NCBI GenBank assembly: GCA_013239625.1
Contig: MU053561.1
Coordinates: 4,633,214-4,697,213 of the forward strand
Length of the DNA: 64,000 nucleotides
Direction of reading: 5' to 3'
DNA from: Lama guanicoe
Lineage: Eukaryota
Shown here: positions 25,701 through 38,268 of the stretch, in pieces
Layout: each line of letters starts with the position of its first letter
Position numbering within the stretch: the stretch's first letter is position 1
Notes under the pieces: model-generated
Seen by the model: the letters and a program-made list of their open reading frames with translations, nothing else
Database searches by the model: none
Told to the model about the DNA's origin: nothing
Program-made: the position numbers and the translations under genes

Positions 25701-26599
25701 GTCTGTGAAAGAGAGACAGCAGTCCAAGAGGTAGGAGGAAAACCAGCAGCACGTGGTGTCAAGAAAGCCATGGAAGTGAGTGATTCCAGAAGGGGGAATG
25801 CCCAACATTGTGAAATTCCACTGAAAAGACAAGTAAGGTTAGGAATAAAATACATCTACTGGATTTAAAAAGCATGGAGGTCATTGATGACCTTATCAAG
25901 AGTTGTGTTGATAGGGTGATGGGGTTGGGAGCTAGGCCAGAGTAGATTGAGGAATGAGCGGGACATGAGGAAAGAGATCTTTAGAGAGAGAAACAAATTT
26001 GAAAAAAAGATTGCATGTTAATTTACTTTTATTTATAGTAGCAAAATACATCAAACACAATCTATTTATTTAATAACGTAATAAGAACCCTTTGAATTTA
26101 TATATTAAAAACTTTTACAATAGGTGTACTTGTTGAATCAGCAATTCTATCTTTAGGAATATTCAGAAAAAATAACTATAGACATGCAAAGTATTATTCA
26201 TCATAATGTTTATTACAGTATTGTTTCAATAGCAAAAAATTAGAAACAACCTTATTGTGTAAAAATAGACAGCTAATATATTACAGTACACTCATGAAAT
26301 CTGTTTATTGTCTAAACTGGAATGAATCTTACTGGTTACAAGAATTAGAGATAATGTGTGTGAAGTCACTTTACAAATTGTAAACTGCTATTCAAATGTC
26401 GTGTTTACTACTGGGATTACCACTGTGCCCCTGGAAGGCCTTAGAAATATAGAACAGCCAAAGAACTAGCTACCAGACTCAGACTTCTGCAATTTGTCTC
26501 TTTTTTCTTGGTACTAGTGGCTCTCAAACTTAGACAACACAGCACCTGAAAGTCAAAGCGCACTTTGCACAACATCGTGAAATGCTGAGAAGTGAACTT

Positions 26600-27960
26600 T
26601 ATATTTTCCATGATTTTGTTTTTAACTATCTTAAGCCTTATGATCACATAATTTACAAATGTGTGCTGATAGTATATCTCCTCTACTTTAATCCTTCTAA
26701 TAAATTTGCAGAAACACCATTACCAATCATTTACATACTGGTGTTTTACAGTTTCATGTGTTTTTGAACAGCTGTTAAAGACAATCCTGAATTATAACTC
26801 AGTCTCACTTAGATAATAAAGGTTTTAAAAGTAAAGATTAATTTGCTATTAAAGCTTGTCACACTGACTTTTAAAAGCATCTGACCTTATAGATCATTTA
26901 TAAAATGTGAGAAATGTTAATTAAATAGTCTTATATGTTAAATGGTCTATGTTAATGTTAAATAGTCTATATGTTATATGTTAATAGTTATATGTTAAAT
27001 AGTCTAAATGTTTAATAGCTATACATAAACCACACTAAAATGTTTTTCATTCAGTAAAAGGAAACATTTTAGATATAGGGGATTTTAGACTGGCATAGTT
27101 AAAACCAGAAAGATAAAGTATATATACATTGTTACCTTATCTTCAGCCCTTCACAGCCTGATGAACAGACTGAAATACAGGTGAGTCTTGCTAAATTCTC
27201 TGAGACAATAAAGGGACTTCCCCAACATTTAAATATTATATTCATATAATCAGTTATATAAATCTAAATTAAAACCAAAAACCTATAGGTTTTGAGATGG
27301 CATTCACCATGTCTGTGAAAAGGTGAACATTACCAAGCAAGTCCAATCGTATCTTTAGAAGGGGGAAACAGTGATAGTGCTTGCTGAATTGGAATTACTA
27401 TCAAAATTCAAAAAGCTGATCATATTAATTTAACCACAAGAGAACATTATTTAAATCAGGACTGTCCAACAAAAAATTCTATCAGCTATTCATGATCTGA
27501 TTCCGTTATATGAGGTCAATTTAAATATGTTACACAGAAAAGAAGTTGAGACATTCCTGTTTTGTAAGAAATAAGGCAGAGGGCCAACTGCTACTCATTA
27601 GTGGCTTTGAGGTAAACTAACAAGTCTGCCTTTTCTGCCTTCTTCTTAGTGCCAGTGAAGACCATTTTTGTTCTAGGGATGTACTTCTTGGGATTCTCCA
27701 AATGCATTTCTCCCTAGGTGATGCCTTTGTGATGTTCTTGTTGTCATCAGTATAAGAGAATCCAGGGGCCTGACCTGTCTTCTGCCAAAACAGATCATTT
27801 CTTGTGCTTGCCTTTCTTTTCCACGGCACTGGGCATACCTCTGGACAAAAATCTTGCCCTCCTCAACATCACCATTTTAATTTTGCTCTTGCGACACATG
27901 CACTAGAAATGTGCCTGCTCTGAAGTTGGATTTCCTGCTAAGTCCAAGTTACACATGCCT
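26600..27960 (-). pseudogene. CYCS: Processed cytochrome c (CYCS) pseudogene: 5' UTR, disabled CDS (27875..27591) and at least 1 kb of 3' UTR
   Basis: Reverse complement reads M(G)[86 protein letters not shown]. It has frameshifts, a Trp-to-stop change, a broken CXXCH heme motif and no intron at the K-G junction. Flanks resemble recalled CYCS UTRs (cttggacttag...cttcagagcagg upstream; ctgccttattt..tacaaaacagg downstream). May extend to AATAAA at 26304-26309. Confidence 0.93.
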
Positions 27961-28420
27961 ATGTACCTGTGTTCAGAGAAGTGAAATTTAAATCACAAAA
28001 TGTCACCTTTACATCCCCTGGCCTCACCCACTCATGATTACAAGTAAGGTACATTAACAGAAATGCCCCAAATCTCAACTGCAGCTCAGCATTCCTCTCC
28101 TGGTCCTCATGGTCTCTTCCACTCCTGCTGCTGATCATGGCTGCTCCGTCCAGAAGTGGTAGAATTGGCCATTGCAGATCCTAATGCTGATCTTGGGCTA
28201 CTCTGCCTTACTGCTGCCAATCTCCTATGTCCAGATGATGAATTATGCTCACCATTGCTCACCTGTCTATGTCATTCCCTTTGAGGGCGTTTTCTTCTGG
28301 ACACCTGGAAAGTTCTTTTCACTTCCGGTTACCAGCAATATCAGGGAAGTCTTCTCCAAAGCAGAGCTACCAGACACCTACTGATAGCTCTCTCCTTTAT
28401 TTCAGGACTGTGTTTTTCTT

Positions 28421-28876
28421 TTTTTTTTCTTTAACTTTTTTTACTGATTTATAATCATTTTACAATGTTGTATCAAATTCCAGTGTAGAGCACAATTTTT
28501 CAGTTATACATGAATATATATATATTCATTGTCACATTTTTTTCTCCGTGAGCTACCATAAGATCTTGTATATATTTCCCTGTGCTATACAGTATAATCT
28601 TGTTTATCTATTCTACAATTTTGAAATCCCAGTCTATCCCTTCCCACCCTCCACCCCCTTGGCAACCACAGGTTTGTATTCTATGTCTATGAGTCTGTCT
28701 GTTTTGTATTTATGCCTTGTTTGTGGCTTTTTTTTTTTTTTTGTTTCCACATATGAGCGATCTCATACGGTATTTTTCTTTCTCTTTCTGGCTTACTTCA
28801 CTTAGAATGACATTCTCCAGGAGCATCCATGTTGCTGCAAATGGTGTTATGTTGTTGGTTTTTATGGCTGAGTAGT
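28421..28876 (-). mobile_element. 5'-truncated lineage-specific L1
   Basis: T tail, L1 3' UTR, 17-bp TSD aggactg(t/a)gtttttctt at 28404-28420 and 28877-28893. Confidence 0.92.
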
Positions 28877-30699
28877 AGGACTGAGTTTTTCTTATAATGC
28901 TCAGGCAAGCGGGTGGAGGTAAAAGACAGTCTAGGTTAGGGGACTGGCTGGATACAGCCTCTACTTATACCCACTGCTCAGTTCAGCCCACAGCATGCTT
29001 TCTCTTCTTGAGATTTTTCTCTGCGGTACCTTTGTTTCTCCCTCCAGTTCTGTTCCCTTCATGAACTTTGGGTCTACTTTTACATTCATTTCATGTTTCT
29101 AATCGCCAGGTACTGTTAGCACTTTACAAATATTTAATTGTCAACCTTGAAGTAGGTCTTACCGTGAGCAAACGCCCTTTTACAAATGAAGAAATTCAGG
29201 CAAGCTAAGTTACCCCAAATCACACAGCTAGTAGGTGGTGGAACGAGGCTTCAGACCAGGCACTTTGGCTCCAGAGCAGATTCAGCCTCCATGCTGCCTC
29301 TCCAAAAACAACACTTTTATATTAGATTTTTTTTGTATATATATATATATATATATTTTTTATTGCAGTATAGTTTACAATGTTGTATCAGTATCTGGTG
29401 TACAGCATAATGCTTCAGTCACACATGAATATACATACACTCATTTTGATTATATTGGATTTTAATAAAGGCAATGGTAGCAGGCATCAAAAGGTTAAGA
29501 AAAATTCAAGGAAGCAAAGATATTGCTTGAGAAATTTGGCCCACTAATTTATTTTTTTGAAGTGAACTTGGAAAAAAGTCTTGTGACAATGGAAAAATGT
29601 TAGTATTGCAAAATGTCAGAAATCGCACTCTTTGTAAATATTTTCACTTATTACAAACAATTTTAAGAGTCAACATATGTTTGAGGGGAGAAGATAGTTT
29701 TTCAAAGTTCTTTTCAAGGGCACAAACGTTCAAAAAATTGAAGACCATTTCTGTATATGTCCTGGCTCCTTTAATTCTCTTATGTCCTACTGCTCTTTCC
29801 CTCCTTCAAGCCACTGCAGCCACATTGACTCTTTGCTGTTCCTCTAACAAGCCAAAAATCTCTGCCTGCCTCAGGCCCTTTGTACTGACTGTTTAGCCCC
29901 CTGCCTATAACACTCTGTTGCAAGAGGACCACAAGGCTTGTTCACCTATCAACAGAGGACTTCCCCAATCATCTCTAATCTCTTTTATTTTTTCTTCTTC
30001 ATAGCATTTATCTATGTATATATACTTCTGCAATATATTTATGTCAATCTTCCTCCATTAGATTGCAAACGCCTTGAAAGTAAGGATCTTCTTTGTTCTC
30101 TGCTGTAATCCTAGCATCTCTAAAACACTACCTGACACATAGTAAGGGGTGAATATTTTTTGATGAATAAATGAAAAACGTTTTGAGGTGTCTTATTTTA
30201 AGGACTTACACCAGCTCAAGAGTAACAGTTTCCTGGGAAAACACTATCAGAAGAGGAAATAAAGCCTACTTCATGATCCTAATATTTAAAAAGCCGTCGT
30301 ACTTGTTTCTCAAATAAAGACAACCCTTCCTGGAAGCTTCCATTACCGACACTGTGAGGGCATTTGTAACTGCAGTCTCACCAGGACACTAAGTGGGACT
30401 CTCGAGACATTAATATTGGTTAGATCGGTGACTCCCCAAGCTGACGCACATCAGATTCAGCAAAAGCGACTTTCAACATTCATCAGCTCTCCCCCACTTC
30501 CTGATGCAGGTCTGGGGTGTGGTCCTGGCACATCTCTGCTTTGAAAAAGCTTCTCAGTTGATTGGTTTTCTGATACGTAGCAACGTCAGAGAATCAATCA
30601 CCTTAAGAAGCTAAAAATAGCTGTTAAAGAGTTTCGTCCTCACTAGATCTTTTCGGCCTATTTCTGGTACGCCATCAGTTAAAAAAAAAAAAAAGCTTC

Positions 30700-32250
30700 G
30701 CTTCACTGCTCCTCCGAGGTACAAGCACCAACAGGAACGCAGCCAGTTAAAGCAGAGACACCCAGGAGGTCGGCACCTCGGAGTCAGGAGGCGGGGGCGT
30801 CTGACCGTGCGCCGAGGGAGGTTTCCGCGGAGACACGCCTGCCTCTGGGGACCGAGCCGCCCGGGAGACGCTGGCTCGGCAGGAACCAGCCCCGGCCTTC
30901 TATCCTTTCCCGCTCTTCTTCCCGCACCACCGCTGCGTCCGAGCTCATAACCACCCCCGGCCAGGTAGTTCAGCGTCAACTGCCTTTGGCTTTTAAGGCT
31001 CACTGAGGGCTGAAGCGCCGGGGTACGGACTCGACACGCCGGCCCTCGAGGTCGGGATGGGCGGGGACGACGGCTGCGCGCCCGCGCCCTGAGTTCCCGC
31101 CTCTCTCCGGAAGACGTCCGTGCGTACGTGCGCGCGCCGCGCCCGCCCTCCTGCAACTGCGCGACGCGAGGGTGGGGGCGCCGCGTGCGCGCGCGCTCTC
31201 GCTCGTTCGTTCGCTTGCTCGCTCTCGGCGGCCGCTCTTGCTGCGGCTGCGGCTGGGGCTGGGGGCGGCGGCGGCGGCGGCGGCGGGCGGCGCGGGGCGG
31301 TCCGGCGGGTTCAAAGAGGAAAACATGGCGGAAAACAAAGGCGGCGGCGAGGCTGAGAGCGGCGGCGGGGGCAGCGGCAGCGCGCCGGTAACTGCCGGGG
31401 TCGCTGGGCCCGCGGCGCAGGAGGCGGAGCCGCCTCTCGCCGCGGTTCTGGTGGAGGAGGAGGAGGAGGAAGGCGGCAGGGCCGGCGCGGAGAGCGGCGC
31501 GGCCGGGCCCGACGACGGGGGGGTGGCCGCGGCCTCCTCGGTCTCGGCCCCGGCTGCTACAGCCCCTGCAACCTCGGTGGGCCCTGGAGTTCCCGGAGGG
31601 GCGGTATCGACGCCGGCCCCAGCTCCAGCCTCGGCTCCCGCTCCGGGTCCCTCGGCGGGGCCGCCGCCTGGACCGCCAGCCTCGCTCCTGGACACCTGCG
31701 CGGTGTGTCAGCAGAGCCTGCAGAGCCGGCGTGAGGCGGAGCCCAAGCTGCTGCCCTGTCTTCACTCCTTCTGCCTGCGCTGCCTGCCCGAGCCCGAGCG
31801 CCAGCTCAACGTGCCCATTCCGGGGGGCAGCAACGGCGACATCCAGCAAGGTGAGCGGGAGGCCCTGCCCGCAGTCTGGGCCGAAGGGGATTTGCGGGGC
31901 CGAGGAGGCTCTGGGGAAGGAGGTGCTCAGGCCCGGGGCCTCTCGGACCGGCGTGGTCCTGAGGGGTCTGATAGGTGAAAGACACTGCTCCTGGACAATT
32001 TCCAGAGAAGCTGGCCCTCCAGAGATTCGGGGAGGGTGAAGGGAGGGGTGCCGGCTGCAGGAGACGGGGGGAGGGGACACCGGCTGCTGGGGAGGTTTGC
32101 GATGTGCGGATGCGGGCTGGGAAGGCGTGGACTCGGGCCGAGCGCAGGTTCGGGAGCGGGTGGACCGGACTGTGATAGAAGAGGGGCTCTGGGAAACCGC
32201 TTGTGAGAAGCGTTTTGGAGGGAAGGCCCAGCACGGAGTGGTATTGAGGG
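30700..32250 (+). promoter_or_regulatory. TRIM33: CpG island / TATA-less promoter and 5' UTR of TRIM33
   Basis: Abrupt switch to very high GC and CpG density in CpG-depleted DNA. GC box GGGCGGGG 31059-31066, E2F-like TTCCCGCC ~31094, ETS CCGGAAG 31107-31113, NRF1-like GCGC runs ~31128 and ~31183, YY1-type AACATGGCGG over the start codon (31322-31331). The TSS cannot be fixed from sequence. Confidence 0.9.
31325..31850 (+). CDS. TRIM33: TRIM33 (TIF1-gamma, E3 ubiquitin ligase) coding exon 1: Gly/Ala/Pro-rich N-terminus and most of the RING finger
   Basis: ATG in a good Kozak context (aacATGg). Translation [25 protein letters not shown]...[55 protein letters not shown] matches the TRIM33 N-terminus as I recall it. 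Ends at canonical donor CAAG|GTGAGC (GT at 31851); 526 nt, phase-1 intron. The last Cys pair of the C3HC4 RING must be in exon 2. Confidence 0.97.
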
Positions 32251-32863
32251 AGTGGGTAAGAGATAAGGGCTGTGAGGATGAATTACCTTAGCGGGAGAGA
32301 ACTTTACCTGTTAAAAGCTAGGGGAGAGAAGGGCTAGGGATTAAATAGAGGTTAAAGGCATTGGAGAATTTAGGGCTAAGAGAAGACGTCTGGTAGAAAG
32401 TAGTTTTAAGATGACATTGGGAAGGAGGAACTCTGGAAACAAAATAGCTGTGAGGGGCTTGCATATTAGGGGAAAATGAACTTTGTAGGGAATGGGAAAT
32501 TAGGGAGAGCTGGGCGTGAATTTCAGTTCCTTGGACATTAATGAACCCTCAGTGTTCCGGATACTGTGCTAGGATTGAATAAAATACTCGATGAGGAGCT
32601 CATTCACAGTCCAGCATAGGGGAAACAAACATATAAGGTGTAGCGGTGGAGGTGGGTACTTGGTACAGTGGTTGTGGCACAGTCAAGAGAAGGTCAGGGA
32701 GACTTCACTTAAAAGGAAACCCTTGAACAGGTTTCTTGAAGGGTGAGTAGCTTACTGGGTTGGAGAGTATTCAGGACACAGGACACCTTACACATCCCCG
32801 GAGCTAAGGAACGTGTAAAGTGATTGGTGGAAATTTGGTTGGCCTGATCGGCTGAATAGGTAA

Positions 32864-33149
32864 GGGGTCTGCAATCCCTTATCTAAACCCTCGGGACCAG
32901 GTGTGTTTTAGACTTCAGAATAGTTTGGAAATTTTCTTTTTTCTGGTAAAGTCTCTAACACTCCAGAGGGGTCTGGGTTAACAACTTACTATCAAACATT
33001 AATGTTTCTGCAGTGAAGCATGTGAATATCACTCTAATGTGATAGATAACCTTCTGCAATTCAGAGTGGGTTTTATTGAAAACAGGAAAAAAATATAAAA
33101 TTTCAAAGCTTTTGAATTTTGGGACTGCAGGTAAGGGATTGTGGACCTG
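32864..33149. mobile_element. Tc1/mariner-Tigger type MITE
   Basis: TIR ggtctgcaatcccttatc ... ggtaagggattgtggacctg followed by TA. Confidence 0.65.
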
Positions 33150-34760
33150 TACTAAAGGGTTTGTGATTCATCCTGTAGAGTGTATACAGTGTAGTTAGAC
33201 CAAAGAGAGCCCTCAACAGATTTTTTTATCAGTAGGATAAAAGGATCACATTTGTGATCTAGAAAGACCACTTCGCATATTGAAGGGAAGAAAGAAAAGA
33301 ACCAAGGAGGACCAGTTAGGACAATCATGGCAGTAATCTAGGGGAGAAATTAGCATTTGGAGAAAGTAGTAAAGGGATTGATATCAGGTATTGAAGAAAG
33401 AAGCATTTTGGTATAGGGGAAAGGTACAGGCTTTGGGAGAAACATTTGAGTTTGGATGCCTACTTTGTTACTTTCTACTTGTGGCTTGGACGCATTAGTT
33501 TTTTCATTTGTGAAACAAGGACAAAATACTGACCTCCTAGGGTTACTGATAGAATGAAGTGTGTAAAGTCACTAGTACATGGTATTTATTAAGAAATGGC
33601 TGCTAGTTTATTATTAGTGGTAGCTAATTGTAAGTAGCTATGGGAATGGAGATAAGGGGCCAATTGAGATTGGTATGAGAGAGACACGTGTCTAGGCTGA
33701 GTTCCAGGTTTCTTGTTTGGTAGATGGCAGTGCTATTAATGCATATAAAAGAAACAGGCATAGAAGCTGGTGTGTGTGTGTATGTGTGTATGTATGTATG
33801 TTGTATGTGGTGGAGGGAGGATATAATTTCAGTTTGGGGTTTGGAGTATTATTGAGACTTACAGGTAAGATTGTTAGGTTAAGAGTAAGGATTTGATTGA
33901 TGGAGAAGATACTAAACGATAATGGGTATATAGAGGGTGGATAATGGGTATATAACTAACTGCTTGTGGCCTCATGAGTATAGTAAGACATTTGGGATTC
34001 AGTGTTCTTGTGGGACCCTGGGTTAGGTGAGAGATTTAGAGGGAACACAAGATGAAAATTGTGCTTGGTTGATGTGGCTTAAGGACTGAGGTTATGAAAT
34101 TGTCTCTCTGTTATTTATGCAGGAGAGAGAAGAATAGTCTGAATTTCCCTCTCCATTTCTCCATCGTTTGTTTTTGAACTAGGAGAAATAAATAGATGGG
34201 ACTTATATTGTAAGTCTTAAGGTAATGTGGCTTTCTAACCAGTATCTGAAACAAATTAAGTCTGGAAGCCACCATGTTTTTAGGCAGCTAGTCTAGAAAA
34301 TAACTTGTTAGTATTAACTCCTGTATGTATCCTTTGCTTTACTCTTGAAAAAAAAAATCGAACATAATGTTCTGGAAGGAACACTGGATTTAGAGTCATG
34401 GGACATAGTTTTGCCACTTAATTGTTTTCTGGTTCCCCCAGGTTCATAATGTTTCTGTACTTCAGTTTCTTTATCTCTGAAATGTAGCTAATAGTCCTTC
34501 ACTTATATTTCACTGAGTCAGATTAAATAATGAATTAAATAATGAAAGTGCTTTTATAAACTCTGAAATGCTTTGCAAGTATAAGGTATTATTGAACAAC
34601 CTGTGATTCCGTCTCTGGTCTGGGTAGCCATAGCTGGTAGTTTAACTCACCATCTTAAGTGGTTCTGAAAACAGTGACATTACCTTCCCTCCTAATGGCC
34701 TTTTTTCTGTTCTTTTAACACACTAGTGTTATTCAAACCCTTTAGCTGTTAACTCTAGAT

Positions 34761-34928
34761 CTGTGATTCTCCAAGTGTAATTTCTGGACTAGCAGCATCA
34801 GCATCACCTGTGGTCTTGTTCATTCAGAATGCATATTTTTGGACCCCACTCCAGACCTTCTAACCAGAAGTCTTTTTTAGCAAATCCTCCAGGTGATTTT
34901 GATGCACACTAAGTTTGAGAACCATTGC
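34761..34928. mobile_element. MER5A-type hAT-Charlie MITE
   Basis: gcagcatcagcatcacctg...ccaggtgatt..gatgcacactaagtttgagaaccattg. Confidence 0.8.
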
Positions 34929-35575
34929 TCTTGAATGAAGGACTCCTGGATTCAAATGTTGCCTCTGCAGAAAGACCTTCCTTTGACCGCTTTTTTTTTT
35001 TAATTTTAATTTTTTTAAGGCTTTATTTTTTAAGAGCAGTTTCAGGTTTACTGCAAAATTAAGTGGAACATATGGAGATTTCTTATATACCCCAAGACCT
35101 ACATAGCTTCCCCCATTATCAATATCCCCCACCAGAGTGGTACATTTTTTAGAGTTAATGGCCCTACGTCACAATCACCCGAAGTCCACAGTTTATGTTA
35201 GGGTTCACTCTTAGTGGTGTACGTTCTGTGGGTTCAGACAAATGTATAATGACCTGTATCCATCATTATAATACACAGAGTATTTTCACTGCCCTTAGAA
35301 TTCTGTTTCTGGCTGCTCTTTTTAAAGTACACTTGGCTCTCCGTACCTGATGGGTGTTTTGGAACCAATCTCCTGAGGTTATTGGGGACAGCTGTGGTCC
35401 TCCAGGTCACTCTTAGATATAGTACCTTTCTTCCTTCATAGCACAGTTAAAATCCAAAATGTTTACTTGTTTTTATTTACTCATTTGTTCTGTGTTTCCC
35501 ACTAGAATACAGTAGAGTGAATGTTTAATAAATAGCCTTTGAATGAATGGGAATCATCTGGAGAGTCCCCCCCTT

Positions 35576-36635
35576 TTCTTTTTTTTAATTGAAGTATAGT
35601 TGATTTAAAATGTTATGTTAGTTTCTGGTGTACAGCATAGTGATGCAGTTGTACATACATATATGCTTTTTTCATTATAGGTTATTACAAGCTACTAAAT
35701 ATAATTCTCTTTGCTATACAGTAGGACCTTGTTGATCTGTTTTATGTAATAGTTTGTATCTTCTAATACCAAATTCCTAATTTATCCTCCCTACCCTTCC
35801 CCTTTGGTAACCATAAGTTTGTGTTCTGTCTGTGAGTCTCTTTCTGTTTTATAAATAAATTCGTTTGTGTCGTTTTAAAAAAATTCCACATGGAAGTGAT
35901 ATCCTAGGTATTTGTCTTTCTCTGACTGACTTCACTTAGTATGATGATCATCCATGTTGCTGCAAATGGCATTTTCTTTTTTAATTGCTGAGTAGTATTC
36001 CATTGTATATATATATACACCACAGCTTCTTTATCCAGTCATCTATCAGTGGACATTTAGGTTGCTTTCATGTCTTGGCTATTGTAACTAGTGCTGCTGT
36101 GAACATTGGGGTGCATGTATCTTTTCGAATTAGAGTTTCCTCCAAATATATGCCTAGGAGTGGGATTGCTGGGTTATAGGGTAAGTATATTTTTAGTTTT
36201 TAAAGGAATCTCCATGCTGTTTTTCCTAGTGGCTGCACCAACTTAACATTCCTATCAACAGTGTGGAACGGTCCCCTTTTCTCTGCATCCTCTCCAGCAT
36301 TTATCATTTGTGGACTTCTTTGATGGCCATTCTGAATGGTGTGAGGTGATACCTCATTGTAGTTTTGATTAGCATTTCTCTGATAATTAGCAATATTGAG
36401 CATCTTTTCATGTGCCTGTTGGCTATCTGTGATGTCTTCACTGGAGAAATGTCTGTTTATCTCTTCCACCCATTTTTTGACTGGGTTGCTTGTTTTGTTG
36501 TTTTGTTGTTGTTATTGAGTTGTATGAGCTGTTTGTATATTCTGGAAGTTAAGCCCTTGTCAGTTGGATCGTTTGCACATATTTTCTCTGAGTCTGTAGG
36601 TTGTCTTTGTTTTGTTTATGGCTTCCTTTGCGATG
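35576..36635 (-). mobile_element. L1 3' fragment
   Basis: T tail, 3' UTR and ORF2 C-terminal sequence, antisense. Confidence 0.88.
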
Positions 36636-38268
36636 TGGAAAGCTTTTTAAAATACAATTTTGGGAGTTTCAGAGACAGTTTCAGTTGATTTGGGGATGAC
36701 TCCAGGAATCTGAATTTTTAACAAGTATCATGTAATTCTGATTCTGGAACCTACCATACTTTTGAGAAACATGGATTTAAATATTTTGAGAAAGGCTGAT
36801 CTATGTGCTGTTGGAGTGTTCAAAAAATCAAAATAGAAGAACTAGTTAAAATTTGTTGAATGTCAATAGTGAACTTTTTAAAGTGTTTTTGTGACTTTTT
36901 TTAGGTTTATTTCAGATTGAGTCAGAATAGCTATCCATAGTGGGTATGTACAAATCTGTAATGTATAATACAGTATAAAAATACAAATATATATTGATGC
37001 ATCTGAACAAACTCACATGAACTCTTGAAGGAGATGAGACTTTTGCAGGAGGGCATTTCTGAGACACCATGGTGATGTGGATGAAGATCTGGATTGAGAG
37101 TAACTTGCATTGGGTTCTGCTATTAATTTGTTATGTCACCTAGATAGCCTCTCCAGGTCTGCAGTGTAAAGTTTAATTCCTGTCTAGTAAACTTCTGTGA
37201 TTCTATTATTGCCTTTTGTGCTAACTTTTTACATCTATTTAAGTTTAATATTCTTACCTTTTGTGGGGAATAATGGAAGAATCAACATGGGAAAATGATT
37301 CTATTTATGAATCTTCAACTTTCTGTGAAAAGTCTAAGATGGCAACGGTCACGTGGGAAGTGGGAGGGAGCACCTCTGGAAGTAGTGAGTACCTGCTCAC
37401 TGTGGTTCTGTTCTACCACTGAGCATGGTGAGCCACTTTGGGGAGTCCTCTGAGCTTTTGGAAGTTCTTGCTCCATGAGTACGTGTAATATATGGCAGTT
37501 TGCTAGTTCTGAATGTGGCTTATCTGTTCAGGGGATTTTTTTTAGGCCTGCTTTCTTTAATGCCCTATTTGACATAAACAGACTTGAATTTTTGAATGAT
37601 AATATAGTTATCAGCAATTAGTTATTAAAGATGTGTCAAAGAAAAACACTTCTAACAACTTCTAGCATTGTGGTTGGTTAGACACGTGCAATTCAAGAGT
37701 CAGACTACCTGAAAAAAAAATCAGCATCAAAAAAAAAAAGTCAGACTACCTGAATTTGAGCTCCACTATTTACTACTTGAATGATTGTGAATATATTACT
37801 GAACATCCATAAATTAAGAAGAATAATTATACATATTTCATAGTATTATTTTGAGGATTAAATGAGTTAGTACATTGTAAGTTGCTTAGTACATTGCCTG
37901 GCACCTGGTAAGCGCCCAATAAATTGTGCTACTGTTATTTTTGTTGACTTCCAGTTGTCCCTCATTGTCTTTTGTGATTATCTCATAGTAAGCAGAAAGA
38001 AGAGGCAAGAAGTTAAATTGTTGGTATTTTTTCTAGGTTTTTCTGACATCTAATGAAATACAGCACATCTGACAAAGTCATTTGCATTCCAAACGTCTTC
38101 AGCTACCTAAATAATGTAAAAACTTGTGAACTATTGCTCTAAATCCTAAATGTGTACAAGGTCTAGTATCTGTACATCAAAAATTTTAGTTTAGGAGAAT
38201 CTGATTGCTTTCCATTTCCTCATGTATACACCTCTTAGCAGACACTAAATGAGAATAATACCTTAAAG

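Noticed and set aside
1..26000. Exons of the upstream neighbour (BCAS2 in human synteny)
   Set aside because: No matching peptide seen in any frame; the region reads as repeats.
31851..31978. C-terminal part of the 268-aa ORF ([10 protein letters not shown]...)
   Set aside because: Read-through past the canonical splice donor into intron 1.
30611..32080. 489-aa minus-strand ORF and other long ORFs over the CpG island
   Set aside because: Stop-codon scarcity in very GC-rich DNA; low-complexity Arg/Pro/Gly/Ala shadows of TRIM33 exon 1 with no recognisable domain.
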